This document shows, piece by piece, positions 10,384 through 22,016 of a stretch of 64,000 nt of DNA. The notes below the pieces were generated by a model that did not search any database, was not told the DNA's origin, and saw nothing but the letters and a program-made list of their open reading frames with translations. The position numbers were made by a program, and so were the translations under genes. The number at the start of each line of letters is the position of its first letter. Positions within the stretch are counted from its first letter, which is position 1. Source of the DNA: Orbicella franksi (lineage: Eukaryota); assembly GCA_964199315.1 (NCBI GenBank), contig OZ116698.1, forward strand, positions 34,596,001 through 34,660,000, given 5' to 3'.

Positions 10384-13300
10384 CTACTCAGGCAGGCCTT
10401 CGTATGGAACACAGTCTCCCGGTAGTCCCTCGTGCTTATGTAGCTGTGAGGCCTGGGTAAAATTCTTTCCGCATCTCTCGCATGTAAATGGTTTTTCGCC
10501 AGTGTGCGTGCGCACGTGGTTGTGAAGAGTCGTTGCTCCCGCGAATGATCGATCACAATAGCCGCACTTGAATGGTTTCTCGCCAACGTGAATGACAGCA
10601 TGCGTGCGCAGCTCGTTTGGATTGTCAAAGGACTGATTACAGTGACCACAGTGATAGGGTTTGTGCGGCCTGTTGGGACAGACATGAATCTGAAGAACTG
10701 AGCGCTGGGCGAATGACCTGCCGCACTGTCCACAGTTTGCATCCGAACCATCTGAACTATTACGTTCTTCATCTCCAGATCTTGACTGCCTCTTTTCAGC
10801 TGTTGTCAGCGGAACCATTGTGTTCGTAGCATGCAGTTCCTTAGAAGATGTGACGTCATGATGACCATTCGTCTGCGTGTTACGCGTAATGCCACTTCTT
10901 TGTCCAAAAGATACAGCTTGGTTTTCACGTGTGAAGCGGAGATCTTCCGAAAAAGAAACAGAATTATCAGTCACTGGCGCACTGAATTGTAAAGGTGCTC
11001 CATCGTTCACCCATGAAGCGTGGCGCGCACGTTTGTGACCCTCTGTTGGTAAAGTTGCACGCAAAGTTTCACTTCCTTGATAAACAGTTCGAGTCAAGTT
11101 TCGCATGATATGCGACGCATTGAGTGACCGATCACGTAAGTGATCGCGTGATGATGGCGAGGGCCTGACTTGTGTCGAGCGAGGGCTGGGTAAAGATTGT
11201 AGATTATCTACCAGGGGCCTGGACGAAGGCAGGTGTGAATAAGAGGTCCCTGGGTTAGAAGTGTCGTGGGGTACAACGACTACCATTTCAGGGTGCTGTC
11301 TCGGATCTGTATTAAGAACGAGAAAAATAAGTGAATTAATCACAAAGTGACTGTCACTTATTACCTTCATTAAATTATGCTGGCTTGGTGACTTACGAGG
11401 TCGTGTTTAGCCTTTATCTGCGTTGCGCGTAGTTAGAAGCACCAAGACAAGAGCAAAACGAGTACTGTGACCTGTTAAACCAGTTTTCTACTGCACAAAA
11501 CCGTGGAATATTTGTGCTTGTCTCATGCGGCACTTGCAACAACAACAATACAAACTCTTATTTCACCCCAGAATTAGAAATTACAACGTTTTGCTAAAGT
11601 ACTTTTTCCACGCTTAATTGCGTAGGCCTAATGTGATTACTAGGCATTGAAACTGATTTATTGGCATGGACAATAAATGTCAAGTACAAGAAAATAAAGT
11701 ATAAAAATGGAAAATGCAGCTATCGAGCAATCTTTATCAGTAAAACAAATGACTAGCTCCCTCGGAACCATATCTTACCAACAGGGTTGTGGGGGGACGT
11801 TTCGCATATTTCCAGCGGGATGCCCATATACTGCGGGTACTTATCGTCATACCAAACCAGCAGTTCTGTCGTGGCGGGGATGTCCTGGAAGGCTCGGTAG
11901 TAGATGTGACCGCAATACTGGAATGCAAACATGTTTTGTTCGCCTCTGTGTCGTGCGCAGCGAATGTATCTCATCCAACTTGATTTGTTTTCATCGCGTC
12001 CATCAATGTAGTAAAGTAACTGTCCTTCATGAAATATCTGTAAAACAAGAAAAATTCAACAATTTTTATTGACCAACAGGAGATAGTCGGTTTGACTGAA
12101 ATTTTCGCCAAAATTTCGTTGACCAGCGATACTCAAATAATACACCTGACCAATGGGTCGATATGTGAGATATCTAGTTTGCGTTTCTGATGGTAGGTAA
12201 ACCGTGCGACAATGTGGGAGGTGCGGTTGCCTCATGGTTAGTGCGCTCGTCTCTGGATCGAGCGGTCCGGGTTCGAACCGTGGCCGGGGACATTGTGTTT
12301 TGTTCTCAGGCGAGACACTTTACTCTCACAGTACCTCTATCTCCCCCCAGGTGTATAAATGGGTACCGTTGAATTTAATGCTGGGGTAACCATGTGATGT
12401 ACTAGCATCCCATCAAGGGGGGAGTAGAAATACTCTTGGTCGCTTCATGCTACTGAAACCGGAGAAAAGCGCCGGGCTGATGGGCCACTTGGCTCGTGTA
12501 CAGACTTTGCCCACTTACAATCGACAAAAAATACTATTAATACAAGAAATATATGAGAGATACTTTTGAACTTATAATTTAACAGTATTAGACAGCTTAG
12601 GACTCTGAAAACAAAGGTTCTGAAAAAAGATACTTCTCTGTAATTTACGATCTGAAAAGATTTTTGCTATTGAACCGTGAAAGAATGAAAACAGTCGAAA
12701 TAAAAATAATTTACCTCCCACATGTACGAGGTATCTGTTCCAGACAGCACCTCTTCAGGTCGTACCAGTTCCCCCTCATATGGTCCAATCCACGTGCCCA
12801 GTGGAATAGTCTGATTAGCGCAAACACCGTACCCCACCCCAGGAATACCTGATATACACAGGCCCACTTCATTTGGAAACGACTCCACTGCGCTTGGTAA
12901 TCCCACGGCGCTGTTGTTTATGTTGTTATTGTTGTTTACTGTCCTTGTTAGTTTAAATGTTTGATGAGGACCGTGCAATTGACACTGCTCAGTGCGCTCT
13001 TGGCGGCATCCTTTGCACCCTAGCGGGGGAGAGAGAGGGTAAATTTTTGCACAGTTATTGTTTTAAATGTCCAAAGATCGTCCAAAAACAATGTAATTAA
13101 TGTCAGTTTCCGTTCCTGCTTTAATTATACAGCTTTCACTTGGCTGCCGTTCAAATAACCTGGGATGTTTGTAAAGTTAATTATGATCAGGTATGTTCAG
13201 AAACCATTATTGAAATCAAACGCATGCGCAAAATCGAACCGGAATCAGGATTTTCTGATTCCGGTTGATCCAGAGCGCCGTTGACCGAAAACGCGCGGGC

Positions 13301-16300
13301 CCTGGGGACGAGAGGATCTAGGAGATTTCAGAGGAACAGATGTTTTAGCTTGTCATTAGGAATTTCAGACGTTTAATTTTATATTTGGCAATTTTGATTG
13401 TTTCCAGTCGTCAGTTTAACAAATAGATTCCATGTTGCCGTAAGAAGAATGCTGAAGTCGAGACACTTATTATATGATATATCGAATTGTTCTCGTATTA
13501 TGATTGGTTCTTACTTATGATCTATTGGAGGACAGACGCATAGATCACGTCATATAGATATATAAAACAAATAGATTCCATGTTGCCGTGCGTCTTTTCA
13601 GTGACAGATCACAAAAGACGTCAAAATGTGGTAGAACATCAGTGATACACTCGGTTACCGATCGCCTCGTGTGCTGCTTTTATGTTCCTACCACGTTTGA
13701 CGTCACCTGTGATCTATTACTGAACAGACACATGGCAACATGGAATATTTCGCATCATTTGTTAGTTTTCAGTGCCGGTAAACTTTGGTCTTTTTCTGGT
13801 TAACCCATTCAGACCTTGCTCCATAAAGTACTCTACGATATTTAACGACAGCTGGTTGCCCACCATTCCCGATTATTATATCAGATAGATTGAAACGTTT
13901 TTAACCTCGGTACAACTTGATTTTTCTACTTTGTCATCAATTATCAAACAGTGAATATTGTAACTAAAAAAATTTTATGTGTGTCTGAGCTGTTTTCTAA
14001 GGTACTTTAGTGATAACTTGAAAGCTGTTTTGTATAAATTCCACCACCATATTTGTCATTGTGTGTTTCTTATTTTACTGTCAAGTAAAAGCTTTTACAT
14101 ACATGATAGCAGAGCCAATTGTTTTAATTTGGCTACTAACTTTTTACACATGTAATAGTGTGTGTGGTGTAGCGGTACAGTATTTTTGCGGGGAGAAATA
14201 AACCCTCGAGTTTGGATTCGAGTTTGAGTTCGAATTGGACTTTGAGTTGAAGACCGAGTTAGAATTGGAGTTTACACATGAGAAATTTGACAAGAGATAG
14301 GCGAAAACTGCAAAGACCAAACAAAAGGAATCAAAACAACCTAATTATCTTTTCCGGCTTTGTAGCCCGACCGCAATCAATTGTTTTTTTTTTTTTTCAG
14401 TAGTTCACTTAAGTTAAAAAAAAGTTATAAGAAATCTATTGGAACAATATATTTATTCTTCTTTATTTACCAAAAAATAGTTAGTTACAGTGTGACAGTC
14501 AACCTGCCGTCCACTTAAACTAAAAGCCTAAAAATTAATTCTAACTATTGCAATTATTAATGTTGTTTAAGTCATTGAATCACTTTATCTTGCAGCGTAG
14601 CTAGTCTCGAGTACTGTCATTAAATGCAAAGGATAAAATAAAAATCGAGTCAATATAAACCTGTGTTAATTAAACTGAAAAGGAAAACATTTGCAAACAT
14701 AAATCAATTTATACTTGTCCAAATTCAATTCAATATATAATATATTTTGTTTCCCGCGAACAGCGTCTACCCAGCCAAATTTAGAGACAAATGTATGAAA
14801 ATTAGGAAAATTAGCTGAGCGTCTTCTAGAAAAGCTACATCCTTCAAACTTGGTGAATACAATCTTTTCTACCTGGAATTCTAACATTGCGATTTACAAA
14901 TTGTGTTAAATTAGAGTCTGGAAAAAGTTATTTGCCATCGGATTTCCAAACAAACACTGTAATTTCTGACAGCTTTGCCTACCCCTCAAGATAGCGCAAG
15001 GTCGGTACTGCATGTGCCACTCGGACGGGCGCATAAGCAAATAGAGTGGAACCCCGTTAATACGACCACCTTCGGGCCATGGAAAATTGGTCACATTAAC
15101 GGGATGGTCGTATTAAAGGAGTTCTTTAAATAAGAAAATGACTGACTGAGCTTTTTTGGGGGCCAGAATAAAGTGGCTGTAATAACGAGGTGTTCGTACT
15201 AACGCGGTGGTCGTAAGGCTTGGTTCCACTGTAAAGCTACGTGCAGAAAAATACAATCCCAAAACGGCATTACAGTGGAACCCCGCCTTACGACCACACC
15301 ATTAATACGAACACCTCGTTATTACGGCCACTTTATTCTGGTCCCCCCCCCCCCCAAAAAAAAAAGCTCAGTCAGTCATTTTCTTATTTAAAGAACTCCT
15401 TTAATACGACCACCCCGTTAATGCGATCAATTTTCCATGACCCGAAGGTGGTCGTATTAACGGGGTTCCACTGTACATCCTTCAGTCTCTTCCGAAATAC
15501 CGTTTTGATCCACGATGAAAAGATAAGACCTACAATGTATCACCACGTGCATCTTTTCTGATCTTTCTCTAGCGATGAAGTGATTTCTATGATTGTTTAA
15601 TCACTGAAAACAGAGGCATGTTTCAGCGTTAATAAATCTTTCAACTGCAAGTCTTCATAAATTAAATTAAACCTACCTTTCCATTGCTAATGCCACGATG
15701 GCCAGCAAGCAGACTAATGACAGGATCTCAGATCATACCACTGTTATCCAAATGTGTCATTTTAAAACACAAGATGACCACGTGGACAACGTTAGTGTCA
15801 CGCGTCACGCGTCACGCCACATGCACTTTCTTAAAAGAGATGGACATGAGATCGTTGGCTCATGGTTAGCATCTAAAATTTGCGGAAAACTAATCCTTCG
15901 TTTGTGTTTGTGCCATCCCCGATGATGGAGATGCTCGTCAAGGGCTTCCCCGCGCCTTTTCCCCGAAAAGCGGTCCTTCCAGAAATGCAAGTATATCGGC
16001 GGGTTGTGTTGTTTTGCGAGCACCTCACCTGCCTCCTCTTTTTTATTTTGTTCTTTTTTATTTGCATGTTTTATTAGTTCTCTCAAACTTTAACTCGAAC
16101 TCCAACCCGAAAATTAACTCGAAGTCCAACTCGAACTCGAACTGGAACTCGAACTGGAACTCGAACACGAACTCGAACTCGAATCCAAACTCGATGGTTC
16201 GGGATTTCCACTTTTGCGAGTCTTGGGTTAAAACAGAAACGATGAGTTAAAATGATTTGCTATGTACTTCACACTAAAATGTCTTTGTGTTTTATGCTGC

Positions 16301-19179
16301 GTGCAGCACAAAACACAAAGATCTAAGAGGGTTATAAATAACCTGTATCCAACAAGGGCGAATGGACTAATTGTTTTATTGAATTTTTTCAATCGACTGG
16401 ACGATGTGGACATTTCAGTTTGTTTTAAACGAAGTGATGGTATGAAAAGGCGGCAAAATTTGTGGCGCGGTGGTCGGTGCGGTGTTCACTTTTTGAGTTG
16501 AGTGAAACATGCCAGTGGAAAGCGAGCGAGATAGAGTTTTCTTTCCAAATATTCTGCGCATAATGACCTCCCAAGTCGTCTATATTCTGGAAAAGTGTAA
16601 CAAACTAGAAAGGTTCACGGAAAGACCTGAAGTAATAGTATTGCTGCCAGTGAAAATTATACGGCTTGTGCAAATGAAGTCAAATGAAGTATTTGTTTAC
16701 GCGGCTCATAATGACCGCAGATTGTGTTGTTCAGAAGGAATCGGTGAAGTTCATTGGTGTGTTCAAGAACAAAACCCAAATGTAAGGTAACAAACTTCAC
16801 TGAAGAGCTAAGCTTATTTTATACCGAATTTTTTTTACATTTCTTTTCGTCTTCATTCAGTTCAGTCGCTTTTGTGTTTAGATACCCCGCAGCCGGGAAG
16901 TGTTTTCAAAGAAACTAGATACCCGGCAGCCTGTAATTCTTATATAATTTCCACGGAATATCTCATTCAATTCTTAATTAGAATAGTACCTCTTTGTTTA
17001 GAAATGTTAAGCGTTTTCAAGTATTATTTTGGCTTTTTATTCGAGGGGATTTTCGAACTTGGGCACCGTGCTATAAAATCTCGATGTTCCGACACTAACT
17101 TAGAAAATATTTGTACTCTGACTCCAGAGTCAAATCTCATATAATAAGTTTAATATCTACAGAAATTACAGTTGAAATTCTCTGAGTGTATTCGATATTT
17201 GTTTAGAAATGCCAGGCGATTCTAAATGGTTGTAGTTTGGTTTTGTAGTGAACGAATTCTCCCAGCCTCGACATACTACACTGTTTAAAAAAGAAAACTA
17301 GATACCCGGCAGTCAAAATTTCATAGATAATCAATGAATCAACGGAACTAAACGACACTCGCCGCACTCATGTTCCATATAAATAAAGCCATCGTGATGG
17401 CCGAGACTCAGTGAAGCCAATACATTATCGGAACATGGTTGGTGATTAATTAGACTAAATACCGTGCGATATTGTATTCGTTTCTTACAAAAAAAAATTG
17501 ATATGCATCGTAAGCAAAATTTGTGCCTGTGAAGCAAACATTTTCCATGGCCAATGGGGAAAAATACTTTTCTAGTTTCCGAGACGGAAAAAGGAGGCGA
17601 AAAATTTGTTTCAGGAATAATTTTTTTCACGTGGCTAAACTAGGTTTAAACGTTTGTCTCCAAAATTGTTTCTAGTTTGCTCAGACCTGAATTTGCACTC
17701 TGTTGCGAGTGCAGTTAGATTATGGACTGTTTTGCTATACTAGACCTTAATTCGCACTCTCTAATGTGCAGCTGGAAAATAAACCGGTTTACTATACTAG
17801 AATTATTATTATAAAGACTGATCAATACCCTAGAGTTCTTGCTTAGTAACAAATCTTAGGGCTGGTAAACCTTAGTGTTTTGGTCAACCTTAAAAACTAG
17901 CGCCCTAGTGAAATAAGAGAGCGACATTATTATCTTCTTGCTCAGAGCTGGAAGTTCATAGAAATGGGGACCAAATTAAAATTACGAGAGACTAGCCATA
18001 GCTTTGGAGAATAACCTCTGAAATCCTCGAATTAAGACTGAGAGTGTTTTAATGATTCATACAATGATGTTTGAAGGCATTTGTGGCAAAGGTTTTGAAC
18101 TGCTCATTTGTTCCTTTAGATTCTGAACTTCTGGTCTAAGCCTCCTAATATTTCGAATGAAAACATGTACAGTGTGAAATTTTCTAAGGAGATTTCCATC
18201 AGGAGGAAGATCTGATTAAATTCGCTCTTATGGTTTCTCTTTGACTCTCTTTCAGGTCCCATTCACACACCACTGAAGTCAATGGGCAATCGAGTCTGAT
18301 CCAGGTTAGAACAAACGTAGATGTTAGGTCCTTTTGATGAAAGTTGGACTCAAAACGTGATTATCTATCGACGATATTTAAGTTCCTTGTAGTTACAACT
18401 TGGATTTCTTACGTAATGAAATTATATTGCTTTGATTTACAAAAGAATCTTTATTTCCTTATGACGTAGTGAAAATGATGCCGTCAACCAAAGCTTGTTG
18501 TTAGCGATAAACGACACCAACTAAAAGACTATTTTTGGCACAATTTTAGGCTGTGTGGTTTTATGGTCTATCCGTCTTAAACCCTAATAATGGTTTTCTT
18601 CACTTGCTTATAAAATAGGAGTTGGTTTAGTCAGCTTTTATCAAAGAAGAACTGATGTTCAAGCAACCAGGAGTGTATCAAAATGTATCACTGAATAACA
18701 ATTTAAATTGTATTTGGTGTTTGCTCACTTAATGAATAGCTTATTGTCTTACTCTCTCAGTAAACTAATGAATATTTCACATAAGTAATGATCTAATATG
18801 AAAGTAGATAAAAACTTTATGGCCTAGTTTGCGAGTCAAAACGCCATTCTGGCGCTTCCCTATGCGAACTCGTGAACAGGATTACGTTGTTAGTTCGTTA
18901 ATTCTTACGCACTTTTCACATGAACTGTGACTTACAGTAGCTGTGGACTTCTTCTTTGTGTTGAAGGGAAGTTCTAAAATCTTCCTTGCTCACAACGATT
19001 ACTTCATCGCGCTTGTACAGACATCGGTGAAGATCATCTGTTGTGTACAGCATTGGTCGATTTGCTTGTGGTTGAAGCGTTCTAGCCCGTGAACTGACAA
19101 ATGTGTGTTCCCCAGTTGTCTTTGCTCTTGAAATTCCTGCGTTACTCATCTGAAATTTAGAGAGCAGTGTTTGAAACAT
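10384..19179 (-). CDS. PRDM6: PRDM6-like paralog G2 (about 576 aa, 4 coding exons)
   Basis: Exons 19179-18936, 13019-12715, 12037-11779, 11306-10384; total 1731 nt, in frame, with phase 1/0/1 introns like the other paralogs. Knuckle [16 protein letters not shown]; PR motifs [29 protein letters not shown]; four fingers; exon 1 carries [11 protein letters not shown]. Confidence 0.88.
12216..12508 (+). mobile_element. tRNA-derived SINE in G2 intron
   Basis: tRNA-like head with A box (TGGTTAGTGCG) and B box (GGTTCGAACC), followed by a body (GACACTTTACTCTCACAGT..CAGGTGTATAAATGGGTACC..CATCCCATC..GTCGCTTCATGCTAC) that I recognise as a common anthozoan SINE2. Confidence 0.8.
13425..13750. repeat. 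Interspersed repeat with internal duplication and long imperfect hairpin
   Basis: AATAGATTCCATGTTGCCGT occurs twice (about 13422 and 13570). Arms CATGTTGCC..GACGTCAAAATGTGGTAG / CTACCACGTTTGACGTC..GGCAACATG. Confidence 0.55.
15044..15231. mobile_element. Tc1/mariner-type MITE, copy 1
   Basis: TIRs (G/C)AGTGGAACC..GGTTCCACTG with TA on both sides. Confidence 0.75.
15273..15473. mobile_element. Tc1/mariner-type MITE, copy 2 (inverted relative to copy 1)
   Basis: TA|CAGTGGAACCCCG...CGGGGTTCCACTG|TA; the internal sequence is the reverse complement of 15044-15231. Confidence 0.8.
15534..15603 (-). other. Candidate alternative exon of G2 (short N-terminus MHVVIH, or poison cassette)
   Basis: Acceptor TGTTTTCAG|15603, donor 15534|GTAGGT. 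ATG at 15552 is preceded by an in-frame TGA, and its phase-1 end splices in frame to the knuckle exon (MHVVIH-W-CKGC). A 73-nt GT-AG intron (15676-15604) lies upstream. No transcript evidence. Confidence 0.4.
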
Positions 19180-22016
19180 ACAGCTGTAATGAAGATAAAC
19201 TATAGTCGATCGATTTCCTTAGAATCAAGCGAAACAATCCCAACATTACCATGTCAACAAGAGTTATTTCGTTGACCTGTTAAGTACGAATGGACTTTAA
19301 TTAACTGCGCACTATCTGGTGAGAGACAACAACGAAGCTAACTCAATCAATATTTACGAGGAAAGGAGATAGTTGGTAACAGAACCGCCGTCGCAAACAG
19401 CTCATTACGTCGTCGAAATGTTCAGACTGCACGACTTTGATGAAATAGTGACGTAATTTAAATAAGAAACCGTTTGAAACTATGTGACAAACCATGGCCT
19501 AAATAATGAAAATTAGTTACCGGTCAAGAGTTTTTTTTAACTTTTAAGAGTTCGTTAATATTGTTTTCGCGTATGAAGGATGTTTTTAGCTTGTTGCGAT
19601 CCTCAGAGCGCCCGGAAACTTCCATTAGAGGCCGGCTAGTTATGTTTTATCCTCGTTAATACCTTCGTTTGCATATTTTTATTGTTGTACACATGAACGA
19701 ATAACCCCAGCTGCTCTCATTTGCAGAGCGTTTTATCTCAGATGTCTGCATGTCTTGCATGGGCAATTAAAAGCATTTCATTGTTGCACTCTATTGAGCT
19801 ATCCACTTCAGTGAAGTTTGAAAGCTTCTTTGTCGCAATACTTGTGAACTGTTTGGGTGAACTTGGTGTTGCTTTAATTAACCAAGCGTATCTTTCAAAT
19901 AAAGAAATGCAAATTTGGCGTGAGAATTTCCATGTTAATGAATCCAAATGAGCTAAATCAAAGAAGTTCTGATCGTTTAAAATGGAAATTCATCATGGAT
20001 AGAAACTGGTGTTTTTGAATTGACTAAAGAAAAGTAATGGCTGTTCATAACCTTAGTTAATCAGTTTTTATCATCGTACTCTTGTTCAAAAATTTGCTAA
20101 TATTCTTAAAATGACCCAGATAATAAACAAAAACTATGCCGGGTTCCCTGTCAAAGCAGAAATATTTGCTAACATCTGAAACCAACACACTCTTAGTAAA
20201 ACAAGCACCCTGGCCTGACGCAATCACGCTTGTTTTCTTTGCCGGTTTTTGCTAAGTATTTTTTGCACACCAAACATTTCAAAGACAGTTATATGCATCA
20301 GCTGTCAACACCCATATTTGGATTTCATCGACAAATTCCTTGTACATTACCTTAGCTGTTTGTTCTTTCATAAAGTCGAAGCGTTCTTCCAAGTCCAAAA
20401 GGATTTTACCGTTGGTGTCACTTAGTGTCCATTTATTTGCACTTTTTGACAGGCTTCTTACATACTTAATATGGTAGACTGCTCGTTTGCGTGAAGGAAA
20501 CTCTCAGCTTCAAGTGTTCACGGGAGGATGAGCATGGAGTTACCAATCATGATAATGGCTAAGGAGAGATTTCAACATTTGATTGACATTTAAATGACAT
20601 CATCTGCGATCTGTGCATTGTTTGAAAAACCTCTAGCTCGACTCATTGCACGAAAGTTATCCTTTCTCCTTAATGTATGAAGATTATTCTCATGCACATG
20701 ACAGTTTGATTAATAACAAGCCTTCTAGAAGTTGTCAATTTCAAGGTTGATGTATCTTGCTTACTGGGTCTGACTCTCGGGTTCCGTAAGGTTATTTGAA
20801 CAACTAAAGATTAAAAAGCCTGCATCTTTTCGACCACCTCTTAATAACAACAAAAGGGAATGAAATAACAACAGTGCCTAGATGAATGTGGTCCCAAAGG
20901 GGGGTCCCTAGATACCAGAATGATTGTTATGTCTGTTATGAAGTCAACAGATTTATGATGAAACCCAAGTGCTCAATATTTTCTTCTTGAAGCTTTGAAC
21001 TTGGTATTTGTGGTTGGGAAACCTGGATTAAGTACTAATATGAGAAATATATAGCAACATATGTCGCAGAATTCCTCATGTGGAAAGCGTGCGCTGTATT
21101 CCTTTAGTCTCTGTTTTAAAGGTGTAGTGCAGAGGTAATGCGCATGACTAAAGTCATATTTGTGGTCAGTTGTTTTCAAGTGCCCTAATTGCATGGTTTC
21201 CCAAACTTATCAAAAGGAAGGGGAGGAAGTGAATAATAGCCTCTATACAGCGGTCAATCTCCTCTCGGATCAGCGGGCGGATATATGAAGGCCAGCCAGT
21301 TAATTCCTCCAGGGAACCCACTGAAACCAAATTCAACACACTATAGCATGTTATCTGTTTTTAATTACAAGACCTCAGCATTGCAATTCGAGCAAACTTT
21401 ATCTTTATTTTAGTGTGGTTGCTTTGTCTGCTTTGCTTAGCTTCCAACTATCGACGTTCAAACTATTTACACTCAAGAAAGCTATTGTTACGACTTTTTC
21501 TGTCTAGACAGACTGAGTCATAAAGTCTTCCTCCAGGCACTGGAATCTTCTGAATCTTTAATCTCTGTGAAGTGTACTATACCAGATTTACATCTCCTTG
21601 TATTACGAACTTTACTATGCTATAAATTGGAATATTCTATGTGTATTATAATATTCTAGTTGTCTCAATCTGCCACTAGCTGGTGCCTAAGTCAAAATTG
21701 GTCACGTGATACATCTCTAATGGAAAATTGCCACGTGTGCATTGGATCAGTACAAATCACTGGGAATATTATCCACCAAGTTAGTCAATTAAATATGAAC
21801 ATATTGTTTTTTTTCAACGAACAGTTTGAGAATTCTAACGTCCGTTGATTTTAACTACATTGTTCAGTTAAACAGAATGCCCTTGCCCTTGCCTTCTCGC
21901 TACTTTACTTCTTATCATGTGTTTATAGTGTGGAGGTTTATCGTTTAATGGGGCAATCTTCTTAGTCGACAAAGTATACACACACTGGACTGATTTTTGT
22001 TCTGCGTTCTACTATG

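Noticed and set aside
14160-14225. tRNA-like start GGTGTAGCGGTA
   Set aside because: No cloverleaf and no proper B box; runs into a hexamer repeat.
16014-16250. ORF with an NSNSN tract
   Set aside because: Translation of an AACTCG hexamer repeat.
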